The notes under the pieces are model-generated. The model saw only the letters and a list, made by a program, of their open reading frames with translations. It made no database searches and had not been told where the DNA came from. Positions 50,087-60,409 of a DNA stretch of 64,000 bases are shown in pieces. Numbering within the stretch: the stretch's first letter is position 1; each line of letters starts with the position of its first letter. The translations under genes and the position numbers were made by a program. The stretch is from Candidatus Latescibacterota bacterium (lineage in GTDB: Bacteria > Latescibacterota > CBDEFO01), in NCBI GenBank assembly GCA_965248755.1, contig OZ252149.1, positions 2,848,001 through 2,912,000 of the forward strand, in the 5' to 3' direction.

Positions 50087-51205
50087 CTACTTGTTTCGAG
50101 TTTGCAGTTTCACAAAGGGAGGCCGGACGACTTCTGCGGCCTTACTGCTGCCTCTTATATCTACTGCGAGCTGCGTCCCTTCTTCTCTGTGATCCCACGA
50201 CACATATCCCATTCCTATCCCACATTTCAGGTAGGGAGAGAAGGTCCCGCTCGTTACAGAGCCTATCTCTTTTCCGTCTTTGCACAGTATCTTCTGATGA
50301 CTTCTGGGTATCGCCCTTTCCACCATCTTGAAGCCTACGAGCCTCTTTTTCAAGCCGTCCCTTTTCTGTCTCAGAAGGGCATCCTTGCCCACAAAGTCCT
50401 GGGTCTTATCCAGCTTGACCGTCCATCCGAGGCGAGCCTCCAGGGGCGTTACGTCCTCGGTAAGATCGTTCCCGTAGAGTGGGTATCCCGCCTCTAATCT
50501 CAGAGTATCCCTTGCGCCGAGGCCCGCAGGTACTGCGCCGTCTGTCGAGAGAGCCTCCCATATAGCGGCCGCATCGGACGGATCGCAGATTATTTCAAAT
50601 CCGTCCTCTCCAGTGTAGCCTGTCCGGGACATAATGCACTCTGCCCCTGTGGATATCTTCCCTTCCACGAACCAGTAGTAGCCAATGTCGGAGAGGTTTA
50701 CATCAGTATGTCCAGACAAGATCTCCTCAGCATCGGGACCCTGAAGCGCTATCATAGCGTATTCCGGGCTGACGTTTCGTGCCGATACATAATCAAATTC
50801 CCGGACTCTTTCTGCTGTCCACTCGTAGTCTATATCCATCCTTGAGGCGTTGACCACAAGGAGAAAGAGGTCTTCGCTGCGCTTTAAGCAGAGCAGATCG
50901 TCCATGATCCCACCTTTTTCATTGCACATAGGAGCATACAAGATTCTGCCCGGAACGAGGGAAGCAATGAGGTTCGGGAGCAGGTATTCCAAAAACTCTT
51001 CGGCTCTTTTTCCCCCGATCTCTATCTGTCCCATGTGGGAAATGTCGAAGATGCCCGCCTTCTGTCTGACTTTGAGGTGTTCAAAGTTTATGCCCTCATA
51101 CTGAACGGGCATCTCAAAACCTGCAAATTCTACCATTTTTGCACCAGCTTCAATATGCAGGTCGTAAAGCGGAGTCCTCTTAAGATCTCCTTGTGAACTT
51201 CCCAT
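50087..51205 (-). CDS. gcvT: Glycine cleavage system aminomethyltransferase T
   Basis: RTPLY, FDISHMG, SRTGYTGEDGFEI, GLGARDTLRLEAG, VTSGTFSP. Confidence 0.97.
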   Translation of the reverse strand: MGSSQGDLKRTPLYDLHIEAGAKMVEFAGFEMPVQYEGINFEHLKVRQKAGIFDISHMGQIEIGGKRAEEFLEYLLPNLIASLVPGRILYAPMCNEKGGIMDDLLCLKRSEDLFLLVVNASRMDIDYEWTAERVREFDYVSARNVSPEYAMIALQGPDAEEILSGHTDVNLSDIGYYWFVEGKISTGAECIMSRTGYTGEDGFEIICDPSDAAAIWEALSTDGAVPAGLGARDTLRLEAGYPLYGNDLTEDVTPLEARLGWTVKLDKTQDFVGKDALLRQKRDGLKKRLVGFKMVERAIPRSHQKILCKDGKEIGSVTSGTFSPYLKCGIGMGYVSWDHREEGTQLAVDIRGSSKAAEVVRPPFVKLQTRNK

Positions 51206-51230
51206 AATCTTTACCCTTATCTATTTCTAA

Positions 51231-53558
51231 TTATCTTGTCATCCCGAAGTTATCCAGAAAGATCACAAAGTCGGACAGACCTACGTCTCCATCACCATCC
51301 AAATCAAATGTAGAATCCCAATCGGGTGAACCGGATGCCGCACCGAACGCATCCAGAAAAAGCACAAAGTCGGAAAGACCTACTTCATCGTCCCTGTCGA
51401 AATCTCCTACGAGATCAATTATGCCAGAGGGCCCAGAGATATTGAACAGCACTGATATGCTGTCTCTTCTCCTGTTGACCACAACCAGGTCGCTGTCACC
51501 ATCTCCGTCCAGATCCGTTATGAAAAGCCAACGCGGCCTATCACCGGCAAAGTAGTCCATCCTCACACCGAACGTTCCCTCTCCATCGTTCAATAATACC
51601 GATACAGTGTTGCTGATTACGTTAGCTACAGCTATGTCGTTGTCTCCGTCTCCGTCTAAATCCTCAATGAATACCGACATAGGTTGAATTCCAACGCTAT
51701 AGTCCTCCCTGGTGCCGAACCTCCCATCTCCATTGTTCAACAACACAGACACACTTCCGCTGAGCAGATTAGCTGTCGCCAAGTCATTGTCGCCATCCGC
51801 ATCTAGATCCGCACTGAAAACTGACCAAGGTCCCTCACTGGTATCGTAGTCTAATCCACCTTCGAATGTCCCATCTCCTTTGTTAAGCAACACTGATACG
51901 CTATCGTCGTACCAGTTCGCCGCAGCCAAGTCATAATGCCCATCCTGATTCAAATCCGCGCCGAACACCGATTGGGGACCATCTCCGGCGCCGTAGTCCA
52001 CTTTGGGAGCGAACGTGCCATCTCCATTGTTTAGCAAAACTGAGACGTTATTGCTAGCATAGTTGGCTACGGCCAAGTCGTTATGCCCATCACCGTTCAA
52101 ATCCACACCCAAAACTGACCAGGGTTCATGCCCAACATCGTAGTCGGACCTATTTGCGAACGTCCCATCTCCATTGTTTAGCAGAACTGAGACGTTATTA
52201 CTTGCCGAGTTGGCTACGGACAAGTCATTGTAACCATCTTCGTTTAGGTCCGCACCATAAACTGCACGTGGACTATTCCCCACTTCATAGTCTGTCCTGG
52301 GCGCATATGTGCCATCTCCATTGTTTAATAACACCGACATGGTATTACTCTCGAAATTACCAACGGCTAAGTCCTTATGGCCATCTCCATCTAAATCCGC
52401 ACTGAATACTGAACGAGGTCCACTGCCAACCGGATATACCGCCCTGGCTGCGAATGTGCCGTTTCCGTTGTTCATTAATACAGACGCAGTATTGCCGTAG
52501 AAATCGGCCACAGCCAAGTCATTATCTCCGTCTCCATCGAAATCTGTACTGAAGACTGATGAAGAACTACGTCCGGCGACATAGTCTACGTTGGCTGCAA
52601 ATGTTCCGTCTCCGTTATTCGACAGCAGTGACACCTTGTTGTTGGAAAGACTTGCCACAGCCAGGTCATTGTCTCCATCACTATCTAAATCCGCACTGAA
52701 TAGTGCCCAGGGACGGTTCCCGACTTCGTAGTCCACCTTAGATGCAAATGTACCTTCTCCATTGTTCAACAACACTGATACGTTCCTGCTGTTCAGGTTA
52801 GCCACAGCTAAATCGTTATCTCCATCTCTATCGAAATCCACACTGAATACTGAATTGGGAGCATCCCCAGCAGCATAGTCCACCCTAGGTGCAAACGTGC
52901 CATCTCCATTATTCAAGAACACTGACACAGTATTGGCAAACCTATTGGCCACAGCTAAATCGTTATATCCATCGTCATCTAAATCTGTGCAGAAGACCGA
53001 TGCAGGAGCGTCCCCAGCAGGATAGTCTACTTTATTCGCAAATGTCCCGTCTCCATTATTGGACAACACCGATATATTATCGCTGAGCCAGTTAGCCACA
53101 ACCAGATCATAGTCTCCATCGTCATCCAGATCTGCGCTGAAGAGCGAGACGGGCCTATCGCCAACAAGATAGTCTACCTTGGCTCCGAATGTTCCATCAC
53201 CGCTATTCAATAAGACCGACACATTGTTAGTGTCAGAATTGGCCACAGCCAGATCATAGTCTCCATCATCATCCAGATCTGCGCTGAAGAGCGAGGCCGG
53301 CGTACCACCAGCAAGATAGTCTACCTTGGCTGTAAATGTTCCGTCTCCGTTGTTGAACAGGACAGACACATTGTCGTTGTTGAGATTGGCCACAGCCAGG
53401 TCATTATCTCCATCGCTATCAAGATCTGCGCTGAAGATCGATACCGGACGATTGCCAACGGGGTAGTCAGTCCGGATTCCGAAAATAGCCTGTGCAGAGG
53501 CAGGCGCATTCAAAGCGAGCGATAGCACCAGAGTAGCATATGGGATGGTTCGACTCAT
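51231..53558 (-). CDS. Secreted FG-GAP/VCBS repeat protein with C-terminal dockerin-like double EF-hand
   Basis: About 14 repeats of ADLDxDGDxDLAVAN...VSVLLNNGDGTF; GDFDRDDEVGLSDF...DLDGDGDVGLSDF tail. Confidence 0.9.
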   Translation of the reverse strand: MSRTIPYATLVLSLALNAPASAQAIFGIRTDYPVGNRPVSIFSADLDSDGDNDLAVANLNNDNVSVLFNNGDGTFTAKVDYLAGGTPASLFSADLDDDGDYDLAVANSDTNNVSVLLNSGDGTFGAKVDYLVGDRPVSLFSADLDDDGDYDLVVANWLSDNISVLSNNGDGTFANKVDYPAGDAPASVFCTDLDDDGYNDLAVANRFANTVSVFLNNGDGTFAPRVDYAAGDAPNSVFSVDFDRDGDNDLAVANLNSRNVSVLLNNGEGTFASKVDYEVGNRPWALFSADLDSDGDNDLAVASLSNNKVSLLSNNGDGTFAANVDYVAGRSSSSVFSTDFDGDGDNDLAVADFYGNTASVLMNNGNGTFAARAVYPVGSGPRSVFSADLDGDGHKDLAVGNFESNTMSVLLNNGDGTYAPRTDYEVGNSPRAVYGADLNEDGYNDLSVANSASNNVSVLLNNGDGTFANRSDYDVGHEPWSVLGVDLNGDGHNDLAVANYASNNVSVLLNNGDGTFAPKVDYGAGDGPQSVFGADLNQDGHYDLAAANWYDDSVSVLLNKGDGTFEGGLDYDTSEGPWSVFSADLDADGDNDLATANLLSGSVSVLLNNGDGRFGTREDYSVGIQPMSVFIEDLDGDGDNDIAVANVISNTVSVLLNDGEGTFGVRMDYFAGDRPRWLFITDLDGDGDSDLVVVNRRRDSISVLFNISGPSGIIDLVGDFDRDDEVGLSDFVLFLDAFGAASGSPDWDSTFDLDGDGDVGLSDFVIFLDNFGMTR

Positions 53559-53642
53559 TTTGATGATCTACTTGTTGGGTATAGTGCTCACCATTGTGTG
53601 GAACTCCAGGCCTTGGTCCTTGGTAATCCATATTTCTTGGAT

Positions 53643-54635
53643 TTATCCAGCCCTGCCGAAGTTATCCAGGAAGATCACAAAGTCGGACAGACCGACATCC
53701 CCATCATCGTCCAAGTCAAATGCAGGATCCCAATCGGATGAACTGGTTGTTGCCCCAAACACATCCAGAAAAAGGACAAAGTCGGAAAGACCTACTTCAT
53801 TGTCCCCGTCGAAGTCTCCGACAAGTGTAGCGAGCTCAGAGGTGAGAAAAGGAGACCAGGAAGGCGACCAGTCATCGTATTCTTGCCCGTCTAAGTGTTT
53901 GGTCAGATTGACCTGGTTTGACCCATCAGCATCCATCATGTAGATTTCATGGTTGAAATCGCGGGTTGTTTCAAAGGCAATCTTCGTCCCATCAGGCGAC
54001 CAAGAAGCGTAAGAATCGTGGTTCCTCGTCAGGGCTGGGCTATTGGTCAGGTTGACAGGATTTGACCCGTCTGCGTTCATCACGTAGATATCACTTTCGC
54101 CACCAGTTCCATATCCTCCATCGCGGTCTGAAATAAAGGCGATCTTGGTCCCGTCAGGCGACCAAGAAGTCTGTAGGTCCCTTTCCAGGTTATTGGTCAG
54201 ATTGACCTGGTTTGACCCGTCTGCGTCCATCACGTAGATTTCATAGTTGCCATCGCGGTCTGATTCAAAGGCAATCTTCGTCCCGTCAGGCGACCAAGCA
54301 GGAGTGTTTTCAAGCCATAGGCTATTGGTCAGGTTGACAGGATTTGACCCATCAGAATTCATCAGGTAGATTTCTAGGTCGCCATCGCGGTATGATGCAA
54401 AGGCAATCTTCGTCCCATCAGGCGACCAAGAAGGAGTGGAGTTAAACGCAGGGTTGTTGGTCAGATTAATTTGGTTTGACCCGTCTGCGTCCATCACGTA
54501 GATATCCCTATGGAACCTATTGCCATCGCGGGTTGAACTAAAGGCGATCTTGGTGTTGGAAAGATCCTGTGCGTAGACAGGCGCATTCAAAGTGACCAAC
54601 AGTGCCACAACAGGATAAAGGGTTATCTGTTTCAT
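53643..54635 (-). CDS. Secreted TolB-like (PD40) propeller with C-terminal dockerin-like double EF-hand
   Basis: WSPDGTKIAF repeats; same C-terminal module as the neighbouring gene. Confidence 0.9.
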   Translation of the reverse strand: MKQITLYPVVALLVTLNAPVYAQDLSNTKIAFSSTRDGNRFHRDIYVMDADGSNQINLTNNPAFNSTPSWSPDGTKIAFASYRDGDLEIYLMNSDGSNPVNLTNSLWLENTPAWSPDGTKIAFESDRDGNYEIYVMDADGSNQVNLTNNLERDLQTSWSPDGTKIAFISDRDGGYGTGGESDIYVMNADGSNPVNLTNSPALTRNHDSYASWSPDGTKIAFETTRDFNHEIYMMDADGSNQVNLTKHLDGQEYDDWSPSWSPFLTSELATLVGDFDGDNEVGLSDFVLFLDVFGATTSSSDWDPAFDLDDDGDVGLSDFVIFLDNFGRAG

Positions 54636-54685
54636 TTTAGTTCTCCCTCCTTTAAGGTGGATTCTTCACATGCTTGTTTACCGCC

Positions 54686-54872
54686 TCAGAACTGATCCCG
54701 GTTCTCCGTCAGTACATCCTCGTATATCTCGAACGTCCTGTCGAGATCTTCATCCGTATCAGCCAGCGATAGATATGCCTTGGCTACGGGAGTGACAAAG
54801 AGACCTCTCTTTAAGAGTCCCATTCCGAATCGCCGGCCTTTATCGGCGGCCGCGCTCAGGTAAGACTCCCGA
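54686..54872 (-). pseudogene. C-terminal remnant of a class III aminotransferase (HemL-like)
   Basis: My translation: ...RRFGMGLLKRGLFVTPVAKAYLSLADTDEDLDRTFEIYEDVL...; no start or N-terminal part. Confidence 0.55.
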
Positions 54873-54900
54873 TGTACTTAGTCTCTCCCGTATTTGACGG

Positions 54901-55577
54901 TCAGGCATCACTTTTGTAGAAACTCTCTATGGACTCGACAGCCTCCTGGGGAGTCTCGACTATCTGGAATATATCCATATCCTCAGGAGAAATATACTTC
55001 TCCGTCAAAAGGACTTTCTTCATCCAATCTACAAGACCGTTCCAGTATTCTCCTCCCATGAGGATTACGGGAAAGTTGTGTATCCTTTCAGTCTGAATCA
55101 AGGTTATAGCCTCGAAGAATTCATCCAGTGTTCCTACACCGCCCGGAAATATGACGAATGCCGAGGCGTACTTCACGAACATGGTCTTGCGGGAGAAGAA
55201 GTATCTGAACGACAAGAGGGTCTCGATGTAGGGATTAGGCTTCTGCTCTGAGGGAAGTTCTATGTTCAATCCGATGGACTTTCCCTTTGTCCCTAATGCT
55301 CCTTTGTTGGCCGCCTCCATAATCCCCGGTCCACCACCCGTTATCACGGCGTATCCGGCCTGAGCAAGGAGCTGTGCGGTTTCCTCTGCTTTTTTGTAGA
55401 ACTTGCTGTCTTCTGGAGTCCTGGCAGATCCGAAGATTGTGACTGCGGGTCCTATCTTTGAGAGATCCTCAAATCCTCCACAAACTCCGCCATTATCCTG
55501 AAGATCCGCCACGTATCGTCTTGGGTGAAGCTGGAACTCGTGTCTCTATCCAGGGTCGTATAATCATCTGATCTCAT
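54901..55577 (-). CDS. LOG-family (TIGR00730-type) protein with a frameshift near 55475
   Basis: FGSAR, TGGGPGIMEAAN, PGGVGTLDE; true N-terminus MRSDDY...DTWRIFRIMAEFVE lies in another frame with an AAGGAG SD. Confidence 0.85.
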
Positions 55578-55616
55578 CTTATCTCCTTGTGAATATGTGG
55601 GAGCTACGCTGTAGAT

Positions 55617-58301
55617 TCAATGCGCCTCCAACCAGCTGTCTCCGACTCCCACTTCCACCTTTATCGGCACAGAAAGTTCATATGCCCCTTCCATCTCCTC
55701 TACAATTAAGCGCTTTGCCTCCTCCACCTCATCTTTGGGGGTCTCAAAGACGAGTTCGTCGTGAACCTGAAGTATCATCTTAGTTCTCAGGTTCTCCTCT
55801 TTTATCCTTCTGTGGATGTTGATCATCGCGATCTTTATGATGTCTGCGGCTGTTCCCTGAATAGGCGTGTTGATAGCTGTCCTTTCGGAAACATCTCGAA
55901 TCCTTGCATTGGAACTCTTGATTTCAGGAAGATACCTCCTCCTGCCCAGAAGCGTGGTCACATATCCCTTTTCTTTGGCATCCTGAATCGTCTGATCGAA
56001 GTATCTTCTGACTCCCGGATAGACGGCAAAGTAACTGTCTATAAAATCCTGCGCCTCCTTTTGGCCTATTCCCAACTGTCTGGACAGCCCGAAGGCAGTC
56101 TGTCCGTAAATTGTGGCGAAGTTGACGGTCTTTGCCTGCGCCCTCATCTCGGGGGTCACCAACTCCGGGAATACGTTGAACATAAGAGAAGCTGTCTTCT
56201 GATGAACGTCTTCATCTCTATTGAAGGCCTCTATGAGGGCGTCGTCCCCTGAAAAGTGCGCCATGACCCTGAGCTCGATCTGAGAATAATCTGCCGACAT
56301 CAAGACCCACGATCTGTCCTCCGTAATGAAGGCCTGTCGAATACGTTTTCCTATATCCGTGCGTATGGGTATGTTCTGGAGATTGGGGTCTGAGCTTGAG
56401 AGCCTGCCCGTGGCAGCAACGGTCTGGTTGAAAGACGTGTGTGTCCTTCTGGTCTCTATATTGACCAATTTGGGCAGGGCGTCAACGTAGGTGGATTTCA
56501 ATTTGGATAGCTGTCTGTAATCCAGAAGCAATTTGGGCAGTCTGTGTTCCTCTGCAAGTTCTTCCAAAACATCCACATCGGTCGAATAGCCAGTTTTCGT
56601 CTTCTTACCCGGGGGCAGTTCAAGCTTCTCAAAGAGGATAGAGGAAAGCTGTTGAGTCGAATTGATATTGAACTTTTCGTCCGCTTCCTCGTATATCCTC
56701 TCCTCCAAGTTTTCAAGACCCATCTTCAGCTCCTCGGACATCTCCTTTAGGAAGTCTATATCCACCGAGATACCCGCCATCTCCATATCCACCAGGACAT
56801 CCACCAGGGGCATCTCTATCTTAGAAAAGAGTTCTTCGAGGCCCTTTTCCCTTAGCTCATTGGACAGAACGCTCTTCAGTCTTAACGTTATATCAGCATC
56901 CTCTGATGAGTAGTCGCGGGCTGTATCTACAGGCACCTTGGCAAAGCTTATCTGCTTTTTCCCTGTCCCTATCAGATCGGAAATCGGCGTCATCTTATAG
57001 CCGAGATACCGCATGCTCAACGAATCTAAGCTGTGCTGGTGGGATGAAGGGTCTATAAGATAAGCGGCTATCATAGTATCGAAAGTGAAGCCCACAGCAT
57101 CTATGCCGTATCTTTTCAGGATGGTGATATCGTATTTTACGTTCTGGCCCAACTTTTCGATATTGGGATCTTCCAGGATCGGCTTTATCTTTTCTAATGT
57201 TAGTTCTATGTCTGCGTTGCCGCCCTCTTCGTGCCCTAAAGGTATATAGAATCCCTCTTTCTGCTTCAGTGACACGGATATTCCCACTATCTCAGCCTGC
57301 ATCGCATCCACGCCAGTGGTCTCTAAGTCTACGCAAAATACCCCTTCTTTTTCTATCTTCTTCAGCAGACGCTTAAGTCCGTTCTCATCCACCGTCCTGT
57401 AGTCGGCATGTTCTACTCTTTTTCCCTCGGCTATCTCGACCAGAAACCTGTTAAACTCAAGCTCTTTGAACACCTCTCTCAGCGCCTCAAAATTGAACTG
57501 GTTGCGCTTCAGATCCTCTATTTGACACTCTACGGGAACATCCGTTTTTATCGTCACGAGCTCTTTGGCTCTGATCGCATCGTCTCTTTGCTGGTTTATG
57601 TTTTCTCTAACTTTCCTTTTACTTATGGCGTCGGCGTTTTTTAAAACCTCTTCAAGGCTCCCATATTCTACGATCAATTCTAATGCCGTCTTGGGGCCTA
57701 TTCCCGAGATTCCGGGGACGTTGTCCGACGAATCGCCCATCAGACTTAGGATATCTACCACCCTATCGGGTCCTACGCCTATCTTTTCTAAGACAGCCTG
57801 TTTATCTATCAGTTCGGGATCTTTGCCTCCTCTTGGCAGATTCATAATCTTAACGTTATCGGAGACCAACTGCATAAAATCCTTGTCCCCCGTTACCAGA
57901 ATAACCCCTATATCCTCCTTTTGTGCCCTTTTGGCCAGGGTTCCCATAATGTCGTCCGCTTCGAATCCCTCAAGCTCTAAGACGGTTATCCTCATTCCCT
58001 CCAATATCTGATATATCCTCGGCAGTGAGGCGCTCATCTCGTCCGGCATCTTCTGGCGGGTTGCCTTGTATTCTTTATACATCTTATGCCTGAAGGTAGG
58101 AGAGGGAGTGTCAAACACGACAGCTATATAATCTGGATCTTCATCCTTCAAAAGCTTGATCATAGTTGATGTAAAACCGAAGGGGGCAGATGTATCTTCC
58201 CCCTTGGAAGTTGTCAGAGGTTCCCTGGCGGAAATACCATAGTACGATCTATACGCCAGTGCCGAGCCATCTATTAGAAAGAGCCGTCTCCTTTTGTCCA
58301 T
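55617..58301 (-). CDS. polA: DNA polymerase I
   Basis: LIDG 5'-nuclease, DLETTG exonuclease, TGRLSSSDPNLQNIP, DYSQIELR, LQVHDEL. Confidence 0.98.
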   Translation of the reverse strand: MDKRRRLFLIDGSALAYRSYYGISAREPLTTSKGEDTSAPFGFTSTMIKLLKDEDPDYIAVVFDTPSPTFRHKMYKEYKATRQKMPDEMSASLPRIYQILEGMRITVLELEGFEADDIMGTLAKRAQKEDIGVILVTGDKDFMQLVSDNVKIMNLPRGGKDPELIDKQAVLEKIGVGPDRVVDILSLMGDSSDNVPGISGIGPKTALELIVEYGSLEEVLKNADAISKRKVRENINQQRDDAIRAKELVTIKTDVPVECQIEDLKRNQFNFEALREVFKELEFNRFLVEIAEGKRVEHADYRTVDENGLKRLLKKIEKEGVFCVDLETTGVDAMQAEIVGISVSLKQKEGFYIPLGHEEGGNADIELTLEKIKPILEDPNIEKLGQNVKYDITILKRYGIDAVGFTFDTMIAAYLIDPSSHQHSLDSLSMRYLGYKMTPISDLIGTGKKQISFAKVPVDTARDYSSEDADITLRLKSVLSNELREKGLEELFSKIEMPLVDVLVDMEMAGISVDIDFLKEMSEELKMGLENLEERIYEEADEKFNINSTQQLSSILFEKLELPPGKKTKTGYSTDVDVLEELAEEHRLPKLLLDYRQLSKLKSTYVDALPKLVNIETRRTHTSFNQTVAATGRLSSSDPNLQNIPIRTDIGKRIRQAFITEDRSWVLMSADYSQIELRVMAHFSGDDALIEAFNRDEDVHQKTASLMFNVFPELVTPEMRAQAKTVNFATIYGQTAFGLSRQLGIGQKEAQDFIDSYFAVYPGVRRYFDQTIQDAKEKGYVTTLLGRRRYLPEIKSSNARIRDVSERTAINTPIQGTAADIIKIAMINIHRRIKEENLRTKMILQVHDELVFETPKDEVEEAKRLIVEEMEGAYELSVPIKVEVGVGDSWLEAH

Positions 58302-58381
58302 GATCTGAACATCCTTTTTAAGGAAAAGATTTCCTTGATAATTTATGAGTAATTCGGTATTATCTTATACGACATGAAGGT

Positions 58382-58479
58382 GGGAATGGATGAGTCACTG
58401 GTGGGCTTCGCGGACTTCAAATCCGTTGCGGCGTACTAACACTGCGCTGGGTGGGTTCGATTCCCACACATTCCCGCCA
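58382..58479 (+). tRNA. selC: tRNA-Sec (UCA)
   Basis: GGGAATG/CATTCCC acceptor with GCCA end, anticodon loop CTTCAAA, long variable arm, GTGGG-TTCGATT-CCCAC T arm; 98 nt. Confidence 0.92.
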
Positions 58480-58577
58480 AAGACAGTAGACAGGGGGCAC
58501 CGGCTCTCCTCCCCATTCAACATCAATGTCGCCACAGTGACCGAAGGGACACTGATCACCTGATTGGTTATTCTCTC

Positions 58578-59393
58578 TTAGAAACTGAGTGTGAAGTTCA
58601 CTCCGACATTTCCTGGAGTCAGCGTTGGAAACCAGGTGAGGTGCCGCTTGGGGGACACCGACTCTGTTTTCCGAACAACACTGCAGCCGACAATGTAACC
58701 GAGCCCCGCACCGGCTACCACATCGCTTAAGAAATGAGCATTCTTTGCAAGTCGGGAAAAGCCTACAAACGCTGCCGTGGCATAGGCGGGGATAGCTGCT
58801 TTGCGCCCGTAGTAATGGCTCACCACCGCCGCCCACATAAAGGAGTTGGAAGCGTGTCCGGAGGGGAAAGAAAGATTGTCGTTGCCATTGGGCCTTCGGC
58901 GGCCAGTGCCAAGTTTGATGCCCCCCGTCAAAGCGCTGTTGAGCACATAGCCTTGTGCCAGTGAAAAAGACATAGAGCGGAAGCGACCGTGCTCATAAAA
59001 GTTACTGACTAACAGGAGGCTGCCGAAAGTCGTACTTAAAAGAACGCGCTTGCCTAAGATTCTTCCCACTTCGCCTACACTCTCAAGTCGCTCGGTGCCA
59101 TCGAGTCGCTCTTGAACGTCGTCATCAAACATGGAGGCGACGCCAGCGCCGCTCGAACTGACCAATAGCGGGGTTAAATTCTTGAGTGAGAACAAATCGC
59201 GAAAGCTCTTGAGCACTTCATAAGGGTAATCTTTCAAATTGGGCCCTGACACCGATTGCCCGGTTTGAGAAGAGGACTGCTTCGGTGCCTTCTGATCTGG
59301 GAGTTTGAGTTTCAACGTATCGGCCCAGGCATAAGGACTGCTCCAGCTTAAGGCGATTGCCAGAAAGATGGGGCTTAAGAGTCTCCTGCACAT
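58578..59393 (-). CDS. Secreted PAP2-family phosphatase (start uncertain)
   Basis: KxxxGRRRP, SFPSGH, SRLAKNAHFLSDV. Confidence 0.88.
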   Translation of the reverse strand: MCRRLLSPIFLAIALSWSSPYAWADTLKLKLPDQKAPKQSSSQTGQSVSGPNLKDYPYEVLKSFRDLFSLKNLTPLLVSSSGAGVASMFDDDVQERLDGTERLESVGEVGRILGKRVLLSTTFGSLLLVSNFYEHGRFRSMSFSLAQGYVLNSALTGGIKLGTGRRRPNGNDNLSFPSGHASNSFMWAAVVSHYYGRKAAIPAYATAAFVGFSRLAKNAHFLSDVVAGAGLGYIVGCSVVRKTESVSPKRHLTWFPTLTPGNVGVNFTLSF

Positions 59394-59609
59394 AAGCTTC
59401 TGTTTCCTTACAAGCTTCTGTCTACTTATTATTTTGTTACATAAGCGAGAATCCAAAAATGTCATAATCTAATATACAAATAACTGCCCTTTATTGCAAA
59501 GATTTTGTGTTCGTATTAAGATCGTGCAAAAAGTGGTTGTTATACTCCAAGTTAATTGTTATCTTAACTACTATATCTATAATAAGATAAGTAAAAGGGA
59601 CAACTGCCT

Positions 59610-60383
59610 ATGGAGGGTCTTGAGCTTTTCAGGATCGGTTTTCTGCCTATACGGGTAATAGACATAGTGGACATATTGGCTATAGCCTACGTCTGCTATT
59701 ACATTTTTGCGCTTTTGCGAGGTACAAGAGCGGCCCAGATGATAGTAGGTCTGATCGTTTTGCTTATTGCTTCGTTTGTGACTGACAGCGTGAACATGAG
59801 CGGGCTCTCGTGGCTCTTGTCGCATCTCCGGACGGCCTGGGTGTTCGCTATCATAATCTTGTTTCAACCTGAGTTACGCCGGATGCTGATCCGTCTGGGA
59901 CAGAGCAGGGCGATGAGGCTATTCTACAGAGTGCAGGAGAGTCGTGTTGTGGATGAGGTAGTAAATGCCTCAAGGGTATTGTCGGAGCGGGAATACGGGG
60001 CTCTTATTGTCATAGTCAGGGACGTAGGCATAGCCGCCATTATTGAGACAGGCGTGCCGATTCAGGCAGAACTGTCGGCTGACCTTTTGACCACCATATT
60101 CACGCCGAGGTCGCCCCTCCACGACATGGCGACTGTGATACAGGGGAATCTCATTGTGGCCGCAAAATGTGAGCTTCCCCTTTCTCAAAGTGCGATTATA
60201 GATAGATCGATGGGAACCCGGCACAGAGCGGCGTTGGGACTCTCAGAGGAATCAGATGCTACTGTTATCATAGTATCTGAGGAGACGAGCCAGATATCCA
60301 TAGCAGTGGATGGCAAATTCATAAGGAATCTGAGGCCGGATCAACTGAAGACTGAGTTGATAAGGCTCGTGGGCAGAAGATAG
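59610..60383 (+). CDS. cdaA: Membrane diadenylate cyclase
   Basis: 3 TM helices, FQPELRR, SPLHDMA (DGA variant), GTRHRAALG, VSEET. Confidence 0.9.
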   Translation: MEGLELFRIGFLPIRVIDIVDILAIAYVCYYIFALLRGTRAAQMIVGLIVLLIASFVTDSVNMSGLSWLLSHLRTAWVFAIIILFQPELRRMLIRLGQSRAMRLFYRVQESRVVDEVVNASRVLSEREYGALIVIVRDVGIAAIIETGVPIQAELSADLLTTIFTPRSPLHDMATVIQGNLIVAAKCELPLSQSAIIDRSMGTRHRAALGLSEESDATVIIVSEETSQISIAVDGKFIRNLRPDQLKTELIRLVGRR

Positions 60384-60409
60384 AGGGACTGATTCTGGAA
60401 AATTTTGCA

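Noticed and set aside
51420..53470. Regular ~147-bp repeats as a possible CRISPR array
   Set aside because: They are degenerate coding FG-GAP repeats with no unique spacers, and no cas genes are present
58417..58836. Cys-rich minus-strand ORF
   Set aside because: It overlaps tRNA-Sec and the PAP2 gene in another frame
58480..59600. Integrated element at the 3' end of selC
   Set aside because: No integrase and no duplicated tRNA 3' end (att) were seen in the window
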